Shown here: one piece after another, positions 52,901-63,260 of the stretch
Layout of the letters: each line of letters opens with the position of its first letter
Position numbering within the stretch: the stretch's first letter is position 1
Source: Callorhinchus milii
Taxonomy: Eukaryota
Assembly: GCF_018977255.1 (NCBI RefSeq)
Contig: NW_024704743.1
Coordinates: forward strand, 45,696,001 to 45,760,000
DNA length: 64,000 nucleotides
Reading direction: 5' to 3'
Program-made: the position numbers and the translations under genes
Notes under the pieces: model-generated
Seen by the model: the letters and a program-made list of their open reading frames with translations, nothing else
Databases searched by the model: none
What the model was told of the DNA's origin: nothing

Positions 52901-54770
52901 CAATCTTTCTGTCCTCAAAAGGGCTGCGATGATGTGACAGTAACATCTAAATATTACACCTTTTTACTTGCGAGTGTGCAAATGACTATGACACCCCTCT
53001 CTCTCTCACTACCACTCAAGGCGTGAGGCAGATATCACCTGCCTGTCTGTCCTTCAAGCGACCCAGAAACTAGTTACATCGAATATAAGCCACATATGAC
53101 TGTGCATTTCAACCTTTCAATAAAATGCGTGCTGGGCGTTAGTTTGCGAGGCATTCTGCATTGGTTTCTATTTGCACATAATAGAAAGACGGTGCCCTCT
53201 GCAAAGGTAGTCTTTCTTTCACACACAAAAAGTGCTTCTCAATCGTTCCTGAACGGCGAACATTGCACAAGTTGTGCAAGTCCCATTCGCTGGAAACAGT
53301 GCAAAGTGGATCCAGTGATTCAGTAACGAAAGCGCCGCAGTTTTTACACTGCAGCCAACTTACACATTAGACACGTCTCGTGTTAAAGACTCAACGGTCC
53401 AAAAAGTCAAGTGGGACCCAAACCAACTCAACCCCGAGCCGAGCAACGCCAACACACTTACACGTTACCTTCATCCAAAAGAGCTACTGTTCAGAGATTC
53501 TGTGAATAGCACAACTGTAGTAGTGCTTTTACATCTACGTCGAATTCAAGAAATTGCGCTGTTAACTCAAAAGAAACGTCTTTTTGATGTGGTTGAGAGC
53601 CGCGGTTCGGTGCACAGACAACGACCGAGAACTACCCTCTCATTACCGATTCAGTCAGTGCACTTCGTGGAGTGTAAATCGCGTGAAAAGCGCCGCACAT
53701 CAAACGCGCATCCGACACAGGGACCCCTCGTTTTTTTTTTGTGTGTGTTTTTAACCCAAGAAGATCGCCGGGAGAGCAGAGACGCGCGAGTTACCGCCTT
53801 CTCACCCGCAAAACACCGCACCACCGGCGGCGGCGGGTAAACCCAGGCACCGCCCGCCCGCCCCCCGGTCCCCGGTCCCCGCTGCTCTTACCTGCCCTGT
53901 TTGGTGATGATCATCTCGGTCTGGTGCCGGTGAAACTTGAGCCAGAGCGCCCGGTTGCAGAGGTAGACCTGCGCCCGGGTGGAGTGCGGGATGGCGGGCT
54001 GGTACTGCGGGTACAGCGGGCCGCTCTGGTAACTGTGTCCGTACTGAGAGCGCCCGGGTCCCGGGTAAGCGGGGTAAGCGGACGGGGGGAAAGCCTGGGC
54101 TCCGGCCGAGGAGAGGATGGGGTTGTAGGCGGAGTTGCCCAGCATGGAGTGGGGGCTCAGGTACCTGCTGGCGCCGTTGACCGGGAAAGCCGAGCCGTGC
54201 TGACCCGGGTAGGGCAGGAGGGCGCCGGCATTGCCCCCCACCTGTTGCTGCTGGAGCGGCTGCTGGTGGCCGGGGCTCGGGTTCTGGGCGGCGACGGGCG
54301 ACAGGAAGTATCTGTCGGGTCCCAAAGTGTCCAAACTGTAGCGAACTTCGGCCAAGTCCTCGTCCTCGGCGGCGGGCGAGTCCTTGCCCCGATCCACGGC
54401 CGCCGCGGGCCCCTTGGAGCCGGGGAAGCCGTGGGTCTCGTTCTCGGTCAGCATTGCCGGAGCCCCTCAGCTCTTACCGGGGAGGTCTCTCTCTCTCTCT
54501 CTCTCTCTCCCGGGCAGAGGGGGGGGTGAAGGGGAGGGGGGGTGGGGTGGGGGGTGAGGAGACGCTGCCGAGGCGAGCGGTCGCGGGGATGTGGCTCTCG
54601 GGAGCAGGAGAAGAGGAGGAGGCTGATGAGGAGGATGATGAGGATGATGATGAGGAGGAGGAGGAGGAGGATGAGGAGGAGCAGCAGCAGCAGGAGGAGG
54701 AGAAGCTGTGGAGACTCTTGCTCAGGCTAGTGGTGGAGGAGAGGCAGCAGCGATCAGCCAACTGCAACAT
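46193..54770 (-). CDS. eomes: Eomesodermin (T-box brain protein 2), whole coding span, 6 exons; about 702 aa if the exon-1 frame is repaired by +2 nt, 596 aa from the internal Met at 54454
   Basis: Spliced T-box reads [130 protein letters not shown]...[28 protein letters not shown]. The C-terminus ([53 protein letters not shown]) matches EOMES rather than TBR1 or TBX21. Confidence 0.96.
47038..47099 (-). CDS. eomes: eomes exon 5 (62 bp)
   Basis: Acceptor cttttag|ATC and donor TTC|GTAAGT; encodes [20 protein letters not shown], the end of the T-box. Confidence 0.96.
47197..47355 (-). CDS. eomes: eomes exon 4 (159 bp)
   Basis: Acceptor ctcgcag|ATG and donor GAT|GTAAGT; encodes [23 protein letters not shown]...[14 protein letters not shown] (within ORF 47152-47385). 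Confidence 0.96.
47466..47587 (-). CDS. eomes: eomes exon 3 (122 bp)
   Basis: Acceptor tttctccag|GTAAC and donor CAG|GTGAG; encodes [33 protein letters not shown]. Confidence 0.96.
49848..50002 (-). CDS. eomes: eomes exon 2 (155 bp)
   Basis: Acceptor tgttgcag|ACGCATGTTC and donor CAAG|GTAGGT; encodes [10 protein letters not shown]...GKADNNIQG. Confidence 0.96.
51618..51706. repeat. compound (TA)n/(CA)n microsatellite in eomes intron 1
   Basis: Direct reading. Confidence 0.95.
51845..51888. repeat. (GT)n microsatellite in eomes intron 1
   Basis: Direct reading. Confidence 0.95.
53892..54770 (-). CDS. eomes: eomes exon 1 coding part (N-terminus and start of T-box); frame disrupted around 54460-54555 as assembled
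   Basis: ATG at 54770 gives [18 protein letters not shown] (resembles the MQLxxxLS start of the Tbr1 subfamily) followed by a poly-Ser tract. ORF 53888-54454 continues to [28 protein letters not shown]. Donor CAG|GTAAGA follows base 53892 (phase 2). Confidence 0.85.
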
Positions 54771-54824
54771 GAGTCCAGCCCCCTCAACCCAACAACATCC
54801 CCTCCTCCCTCCCAACCCCCCCAC

Positions 54825-55165
54825 CGCCTTTTATATGAACAAAAAAAACCCACACAAACTACAGCAGGAAATAGTTTTGCATTCAGTTGCGTACGACTCC
54901 TGTGTGTGTGTGTGTGCTTTTATTTGCTGGTATAGCTCTATGTGTACCCCCTCCCCACACACACACACACACACACCCCTCTCGTCCCCTTATTCACTGA
55001 CCGCTTTTAAATGGCAGAAGGCGGGGGGCGAGGGTCCAGCCTCCGCCCGGACCGCCCCCTCTGCAAACTCACTGGCCGAGCCCTACAGTGAGGAGGGGCC
55101 GAAGGTGGGGCGCGGAGCCTCACACCCCCCGTGTGATTGGCCGAGTACTCGACACTTAATCTAAT
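54825..55165 (-). promoter_or_regulatory. putative eomes core promoter
   Basis: In minus-strand order: CCAAT box (55136-55140), GC boxes (about 55043-55058), TATA-like ATTTAAAAG (55004-55012), and a second TATAAAA (54829-54835) about 60 nt before the ATG, in a CpG-rich context. Confidence 0.55.
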
Positions 55166-55212
55166 CAGCACCCGGGGAGCATCTTACACAGAGAAACAGG
55201 TCTGAGTCTACC

Positions 55213-55241
55213 CTCCCCCCCCCCCCCCCCACCCCCCCCCC

Positions 55242-55272
<31 letters not shown>

Positions 55273-55846
55273 CCATCCCCCCCCCACCATCCCAACCATC
55301 CCAACCCCCCCCACCATCCCAACCCCCCACCATCCCAACCCCCCCACCATCCCACCATCCCAAACCCCCACCATCCCAACCCCCCCACCATCCCAAACCC
55401 CCCACCATCCCAAACCCCCCACCATCCCAACCCCCCCCACCATCCTAACTCCCCCACCACCATCCCAACCACCCCCCACCATCCCACCCCCCACCACCAT
55501 CCCAACCCCCCCACCATCCCAAACCCCCACACCATCCCAACCCCCCCCACCATCCCAACCCCCCACCATCCCACCATCCCAACCCCCCCACCATCCCAAA
55601 CCCCCACCATCCCAAACCCCCACCATCCCAACCCCCCACCACCATCCTAACTCCCCCACCACCATCCCAACCACCCCCCACCATCCCACCCCCCACCACC
55701 ATCCCAACCCCCCACCATCCCAAACCCCCCACACCATCCCAACCCCCCCACCATCCCAAACCCCCACCACCATCCCAACCCCCCACCACCATCCCACCCC
55801 GTCCCACCATCCCACCCCCCCCCCCCAACCCACCCCATCCCAAACC
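55213..55846. repeat. C-rich minisatellite (unit about CCATCCCAA(C)nA, roughly 9-20 bp) preceded by poly-C
   Basis: About 30 CCATCCC-containing units; they produce the Gly/Trp-rich spurious ORFs on the minus strand. Confidence 0.95.
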
Positions 55847-56742
55847 ATAAAGAATAAAGCAAAACTCATCACCTGGAAGCGCTCCTGTTTCAGGCTGAGA
55901 CAAGGTATCAGTATCAGCCCCTGACCCCATTTACCTCTCCCCCCCCCCCCCCCGACACCAGCAGCAGACCCGCTCTGTGCTACAGCACTTTATCACCAAA
56001 TCTTCACGGACGCGGAACAACAGAAGAGCTGCTGCCGTTTGGTATCAGTGGATCAATCCCCAGAGCCAAGTGAGTGAGTGCTGCGGCACCTCACCCTCTG
56101 CACTGTCACTCGGGCTCTGGACCACTCCCCGTCCTCTCACGCACGGCAACTGGGAGAATATGAGCTGCATATGGATCTCAGGACACTCCGGGGCTGCAGG
56201 GGAGGGGTGGGGGTGGGGGGGGAGGGGGTGCAACTCGAAAACAGCATTTTAGTTTTTGCAAACTCTCAAATTTTTACTTCGAGCCCCAAGAGAAGTGACA
56301 TGTAACATGCTCTCAAATGCTGGGCTCCCCCACCCCACCCCACCCCCCCAGCTGGGTGCCCAACCAGCAGTATCGAGCGCTTTTGACAGGTCCTCTCGAC
56401 GTGCAAGACTATTTAAATGTAAATTGTGTTGAATTAGATGCATTGTATTCTGGGCTATTTGGAAGCGAGGTGTGCGATAGCCAAATACATTGGGGGGGAG
56501 AGAAGAGGAAGAGCAACTTCACTTTTTCACATGACATCGTTTTGGGGGCAGCCATGGTGTGAGTTGTTTGCAACGATTATTTGTTTATCTCGGGCGCTAG
56601 ACTTTTATTTCTCACGTTGCATATTCAGACAGAACGAAACCCCTGGTTTTGCATATTGAATCTCAAGCCACAGGGTCACAAACCAGGAGAGCTTCAGCAA
56701 AGAAAGCAACCACGCACAACTCTGTGTGCCATCCTTCGCAGC

Positions 56743-56957
56743 TCCCCCCCCCCCCCCCCCCCCCTATCTCCCACACACACACACACACACACAAGCTCAC
56801 CTTTCTGGCTGCAAGTGTCGGCTTTCACCTGAAACACACACACACACACACACACACAAAAAAAAGTGTTGAAGGCAGAGAGGGGCACATGCAACAGATC
56901 CGCTTTCCTGAAATCAAACCCAAACAACAGAAAAGCACACACACACACACACACACA
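56743..56957. repeat. poly-C and three (CA)n microsatellites
   Basis: Direct reading. Confidence 0.9.
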
Positions 56958-57839
56958 GGCGTTTGCAGACAAATCTTGTCAGACCCCTTTTCTTGTAAAT
57001 CAGATGACAATTTATTATGATTTGTAAACACGAGCTGTCGGATTCCACTGGCGGTGTGTGATGTGAAACAAGAGTGCACGTAAGGAAACTTCTCGCCTCC
57101 GCTTTTCCTGCCCACCCCCCCCCCCCACCCCCAATGCACCACCTGAATAAAATAAAAAAGTTTGAATTCTTGCTCCAAACAAAAACACCAGAGAGATTAA
57201 AAACCAATGCCATCGATCACAGCCACCCATTAGCAAAACGCACAGCGAGTTGCAAACCAACACATTTCATCCCACTTTTTCAACCCCTTCGCTCTCTTTC
57301 AGTCAGTAGCAGTTTTTTGACACCTTCAGTTTCCTTTGACATCGGATGAGAGCTTCAATCCGGATCGCAAACCAAACATGTGCCACTCCCTCGCTCGGGT
57401 TACACAGCTAATTTGTTGTCGGTGTTTCTTATTTTTTTTTGCAAAAAAAAAAGCAGATTAATTTTGGAGGAGTGTGTGGTGCATTAACCCTTTCTGCGCC
57501 GAATTAGATTTTTTTTAAAATGACCCCCCCCCCCGCTGTTCGAATTGAACCTGTAATTGCAGGAATCACTCCGGATTAAACCTCTCCCCCCTCCCACCCC
57601 CCCCCCCCCCCCCCCACCACCACCACTTCTTTATCAACGTGGAGATCGGTGGTGGCAGCTAACAGATGGTCTTGTATTTCCTTCAGCCACACATTTTGAT
57701 TTTGCAAATGCGAGTGGTTGGGTTTTAAGAAGCTTTTTTTTGGGTCCACCTTGAGATCTTCAAGCACGAAACACCCACTGGAAGCGAGTGCATCAACTCG
57801 AAGTTATTGCGTGGTATTTGAATTTGATGTAATTGTCCC

Positions 57840-57894
57840 AGAGAGAGAGAGAGAGAGAGAGAGACTGAGAGAGAGAGAGAAAGAGAGAGAGAGA
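57840..57894. repeat. (GA)n microsatellite
   Basis: Direct reading. Confidence 0.95.
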
Positions 57895-60339
57895 AAAAAA
57901 ATAAAGTCTGATTCCCACCGGATCCCGTTTCCATGCAGGATGAAAATGGCCAATTATTTTTCTGTCTGAGGGAGTCTGTGATGTGCCCGAGAGTGACAGC
58001 TCGGTGCGGAGAGAGAGCATCATTAAAACAGCTATTAAACACGCGGAATATTGGTCTATCAAAGGCTCCTAACATCAGCCTTCCACCTGCGAAGGGTAAG
58101 AGCACAGGACTCAAAACACATCCTGGATCCCCAGGATCGTTGCAACGTGGACAGACTTCTGACAGTCAATGTGATACAGACCTATTGGGGTTCACGTGTT
58201 AGGGGTTTGATGTATTTTTTTCCACCCGAACAGTTCACAATTAAATAACCCTGTTGCTGGTGTACTGCTGGATTTTAAAAGTATCAGAGAGGTCAGAACC
58301 CCAACCTTCTCTTGTGGCCCAGTGGCTAAAGCTCTCCTGGTATAATAATAATAATAATAATAATAATCCTTGCATTTGATATAGCGCCTTTCACGTCGGG
58401 AAGACGTCCCAAAGCGCTTCACAGAACACACTGTAAAGTGAATTGACTGTATATTTGTGGGCGAACGCGGCAGCCAATTGCACACAGCAATGTCCCATTG
58501 GGTGTGCTGGCCTTGTCTTCCTAAGCAATAATGATAATAATAATCCTTGCATTTGATATAGCGCCTTATCTCATCGTTGAGACGTCTCAAAGCACTTCAC
58601 ATAATATATAGTAAAATGAACTGAGGATGTATTTTGTGGGCGTATTATTTGCCATGAATGCTAAAATCCTAAACCAAAACTAAATGTGTTGTAAAAACAA
58701 AATTATTCGTAAAATCTGTGCTCTGCTATGGGGTCAAAGGGTCCCTGCACTAAACTCTTTACATTGCTCTGAAAAAAGCAAGACTGAAAATAGAATGAAG
58801 TCTACACATCAAGTACCTAATAGTGGCTATTTCAGCATTACGAGGGAAAGACATCTCTAAGGTTATGAAATGGCCCCAAGACCATGAGATGNAAAAAAAC
58901 TCTGTGAGACACTATCTTTTCTTTTGCAAAGCATACAAATACACAGTCACCTCACTTACAGTATATTCTGTGAGTATTTTGAGATGTCCTCCAGTGCCTT
59001 GGGACATCTTCTCAGCATAAAAGGCACTATACAAATGTAATTTGTGACTGTTGTTGTCCTCCCAACATAAGATGCTATATTAAATCCAAAGATTATTATT
59101 ATTATAAATATGAAATAGAGGCTGTCCTGGGGATACACAGAACAGCAGAACTCAGAAGCAGTCAAGGAAAAGTCAAATTATGAGGACTGGGTCTTTGTTC
59201 AAAATTAAACCACTGAGTGGACATTAGATCTACTTAATAATAATAATCCTTGCATTTGATATAGTGCCTTATCAAGTCTTAAGAGACATCTCAAAGCACT
59301 TCACAGAATATACCGTAAAGTGAATTGACTGTATATTTTATGTACACATAGCTCTAAGTCTGATTTACTTACTCTATCCATTTATATGATTTATGTACAT
59401 GTGTGGTGCAAACCACAGTGAGGTCTGACCAAAAAACTGAATTTCTTAGCCAGGTGGAACAGGTTGCAGAACTGTAGCATCAAAATCACAAAACTTGTTT
59501 CGATAAGAAAGTTGCCTTTTCTTCACGTTCTCCCTATGTTGAGGTTGTTATTAGTGCAAACTATTGTTTTCCTCAAATGGATCAGAATGATTGAGGGTCC
59601 TTTTACTTGAACAGAATACAACAACTCTGTTCAAATAAAACCGCTGGCGAGAACAGGAATGTGTTTAAATGCTGTTTTGAAATCGAATGTGAAGGATTGT
59701 AAATGCTCACCTTGGAGAAAAGCAAGCTAGTCATAACCTTACACTTGTGTGCAAGCTTCATCTTGTGTGAACACTACCCTCCCCCATTCACTCCTACTAC
59801 ACCAAGCTCCTGTTCACAGATCAAACTATTTTGTTTATAAATGAGCTTTTGTGTTTCAGGAGCTGTATACCCACAGTTATCTGCATTGGAAAGAGACATC
59901 CATGAGACATTCAGGAAGTGAATGTTTTGTCATAAAACTCTACCTGCTGTTAATAGCAATTATCTAGTCTACATTCAATGATATTATCCCACAAAGAGGA
60001 AAGATTTACAGGTAGTTCCTGTCATGACTTTGTTCCCTCGTTCTCTTTGCACTACAGGCACATAATAAATTTACACTCTTTTTCAATTGAAAATGATATA
60101 TGCAAGCTTGATCAATTTGGGGTAATTTAATAAAATTTTACATAAATTCATCTTCGAACTAAAGGTTTATTACAAGCCCACAAGGAAGAGTCCAAAGGAG
60201 ATTAATTTCTGTAATGGATTATTCCAGCATAATTGACTACCAATTGAAATGGCATTGGTTGGTGTTGTCTTAAGCGGTCTGATATGCTACCTGGGTGAAG
60301 GGCGTTATATAAATGCAAGTTGTTGTTGTTGTCTTCTAT

Positions 60340-60670
60340 CATGCTAACTCAGTTGGTAGCAATCTTGACTCTGAATCAGAAGGTCATGAGTTGAAATCCC
60401 ATTTTAGGGTTTTGAACTCATATAGTCTAGGCTGACACTCCAGTACAGTGCTGAGGGGTATGCTTCATTGTCAGATGTGCTGTACTTTGCATGCGACATT
60501 AAGCCAAGCTCTCATCTGCCTTTTTAGGTGAACATTAAAGATCCCATGGTACTCTTTGAAAAGAGAAGGGAGTTTCTTCTGGTGTCCTACTCAACAATTC
60601 CCCAAATAAAATTGACAATTCACTTCAGCGCTGTTTGTGGGTGCAAATTGGCTTGATTTTCTCCCAAACA
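60340..60670 (+). mobile_element. DeuSINE, head and core
   Basis: ctcagttggtagc...ctgaatcagaagg...taaagatcccatgg...ggtgtcct. Confidence 0.78.
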
Positions 60671-60956
60671 AAAGCTTCAAGCAACAATGATTCTTTGAAT
60701 GAATACAGCCTGATTTGAATCTCCATTCATCTCCAGTCTCATGAAATGTCTCATTGGGGGTGTTTGCTTATTGTCCATAACCGTTTCTTCATATTATTTT
60801 AGGCAGCATAACCACAGAGTGCAACCAGTGACATTAGATTTCTCAAACATTTCACTCTCGCAGTTGTTTTTTTATTATTATTGTTGGCAACACAAGGAAA
60901 TTTACTGGAGAATCAATGGGCAAGTTTGAGATTTTTTTCACAGTGTAAGAAAATGT

Positions 60957-61290
60957 ATAATAATAATAATACTTGCATTTGATTTAGCACCCTATCACGT
61001 TTTCGAGACATCACAAAGCGCTTCACTGAATATACTGTAAAGTGAATTGACTGTATATTTTGTGGGTGGAATGAGGCAGTCAATTGAGCACAGCAGTGTC
61101 CCACAAACAGTTGTGGATTGAGTGACCAAATTATTATTATCTTAAAATGTTTTATTTTTGAAGGGATTATTACCCCCGGAAAAGCAATCTGTCAATCAAC
61201 TAACAACCGGGTTTCTACTTACTGCTAGGTAAACAGGGGCATGTGGAGTAAGGAAACTTGCCTAACATTTCGCCCCACCCGGAATCAAAC
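60957..61290 (-). mobile_element. tRNA-derived SINE, long form, 5'-clipped
   Basis: Reverse complement from the tail through the B box (cggaatcaaac). Confidence 0.85.
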
Positions 61291-61454
61291 AAAAAGATCT
61301 TGCATTTTTATAACACCTTAACGCATTGAAATATCTCAAAGTTCTTTATATGTAATTACTGTCAAACATTGCAATGATTCAAAGGAAAAACTTGTAGGTC
61401 TCACAGTTATGCGGTCAATTCATCTGGAGCATTATGTCAGAAGAGTCATGGTTT

Positions 61455-61865
61455 AACTCCCCTCATGGCTAGTGGTAGAACTAAGCCATGCAGACAAAAT
61501 TTTAGTGTGAATCTTTATCTGCATTGAGGTAGCTGAGCTAGGCCATGGAGGCCACGTTGTTACAATTGACCTCAGTGCCTCTTGGGCTTAGTGGGGATAA
61601 AATCAGCCCAAGGTCCAGCCGAACGCTACTCAGTGACCTATGATGGAAGGTATTTGTGTGTGTGCCTGTATGTGTGGACATCAAGTGATGACAGTATTGG
61701 GATTCACTGTGATCCAAACCCCAAAGTCAAATAGCGTGCTGACACTCACGCTCTATTAGTACACATGAATAACAGTTTACTTGAGTAAAACATTGGTTAG
61801 CAACTGTGGAATTGTACCCTACTAAATAATAGCATGTTCAAGAGAGGAAAAGAGAAAAAAAAGAT
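61455..61865 (+). mobile_element. old SINE-like dispersed repeat (unnamed); inverted partner at 62575-62985
   Basis: Collinear reverse-complement motifs: cagtgacctatgatggaa / ttccagcaggggtcactg, ctgtgat / atcacag, ctgacactca / tgagtgtcag, cacacatg. Confidence 0.6.
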
Positions 61866-62574
61866 GAGATTGGGAAAGATAAAAGTAAAAAAAGTATCCC
61901 TAACTCAGCAAATGCTAACTGACTCTCCATTAGAGATATGTCATTAAAATATGTCATTTTTAAGTGATAAGTACTTGCACTTTCATTTTTATAGAATCCA
62001 TAACATCAAATTTCATAATAATAATAATCCTTACATTTGATATAGCGCTTTTCACGTCTTCTCGACGTCCCAAAGCGCTTCACAGAATATACTGTAAAGT
62101 GAATACACAGAATATACTGTAATAAATATCATGTGTAGTGACTGATTTTCGTAGGTAGACTGGCCTGTGGTTCCTGCTGAGGTGTACACAGAACAAAGGT
62201 CCCAGCCCAGATTTGATGCCTGGTCTTTGCTGAGGATGTTAGTCTCTGAGTAAATGTTAAAGGGATTCGTTGTTGAATTACTATTATCCAAATTGAACAC
62301 AGTCATTGGTATCTGTGCAGCAGCTTGACAGGCACCTTTCTGCAGCAATATTCACTCTAGGTCATGGTTCTGTGAAACATTCACACCATAAAGTTCATTC
62401 TAGAGTTCAATCCATACCAGAATCACCACTTAATTAAATTGATAGCGTAAGCGGGGGAATTGGGAGTCCACTGTTTGGTCCATCTGTTATATTACCCACT
62501 GGAGTATTTAGAAAGATATGCATCTGTTTTATGTAGCGAAGTGGCATTTGAGTAGGAGCAGAACTATTTTATTA

Positions 62575-62985
62575 CTTTTTCCTCCCTTCCTTTCATCTCC
62601 GGAAGGTGCTGACTCATGCTGGGGTATGATTCCACATTGCTGATCACCCTTCCGTACCTCGCCATGTGTGAGCCTGAACAATGAGTGTCAGCTGGTTATT
62701 CAACCATGGGGGGGCATCACAGCTGAGCCCGATCCAGTATTTACCTGACATTTACGCATAGATATTTTCCAGCAGGGGTCACTGGCTGAATAGTAATCAG
62801 GAGTGGGACCCTAACTGGTTTTCCCCCTCTCTCAACCTGAACTCAACTGTGACGCCCTGACTGCTTTGAGCTTGAGGTCATCTATCTTAGCTCACAATTC
62901 AACCTGGGACCTTCTTGCTTTGTACCACTCAGTTACAGTCTGGACTTAGACAGTGGCTTCACCAGCTGAGTCATTAAGAGAGCTA
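62575..62985 (-). mobile_element. old SINE-like dispersed repeat (same family as 61455-61865)
   Basis: Same collinear motifs as the partner copy; tRNA-like head remnant (aacctgggacc...agctgagtcatt) at the right end. Confidence 0.6.
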
Positions 62986-62999
62986 CAATATGATTTAAA

Positions 63000-63260
63000 A
63001 TAATAATCCTTGCATTCGATATAGCGCCTTATCACATCTTCGAGATGTCTCAAAGCGCTTCACAGAATATACTGTAAAGTGAATTGACTGTATATTTTGT
63101 GGGCAAAACACGGCAGCCAATTGTGCACAGCAGTGTCCCACAAATAGTCATGGATTGAGTGACCAATTTATTATTATTATTTTTTTGAAGGAATTATTAC
63201 CCCCAGAAATGCGATTCACCAATCGATTAACAACTGGGTTCTTACTTACTGCTAGGTAAT
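63000..63260 (-). mobile_element. tRNA-derived SINE, long form, 5'-truncated
   Basis: Tail, body and internal segment present; head absent. Confidence 0.85.

Larger units (their letters stand above)
49900..57560. promoter_or_regulatory. CpG-rich domain covering eomes intron 1, exon 1 and the upstream region
   Basis: CG dinucleotides are visibly abundant compared with the CpG-depleted flanks; very GC-rich at 53760-54600. Confidence 0.7.

Noticed and set aside
54468..54480. CCG|GTAAGA as a donor for a small intron that would fix the exon-1 frame
   Set aside because: No acceptor with a pyrimidine tract before the conserved coding sequence resumes about 20 nt later; too short for an intron.
53741..54529. 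Plus-strand 262-aa ORF
   Set aside because: Antisense to GC-rich eomes exon 1; expected from stop-codon scarcity.
46193..54770. Annotation as tbr1 or tbx21
   Set aside because: Exon 6 and T-box residues ([42 protein letters not shown]) follow EOMES; only exon 1 looks TBR1-like.
54454..55164. Plus-strand 236-aa ORF with a poly-Glu/Asp tract
   Set aside because: Antisense shadow of the eomes poly-Ser repeat and promoter; non-ATG start and no recognisable domain.
55161..55930. Several Gly/Trp/Val-rich ORFs on the minus strand (up to 235 aa)
   Set aside because: All frames are open only because the minisatellite lacks stop codons; no coding evidence.
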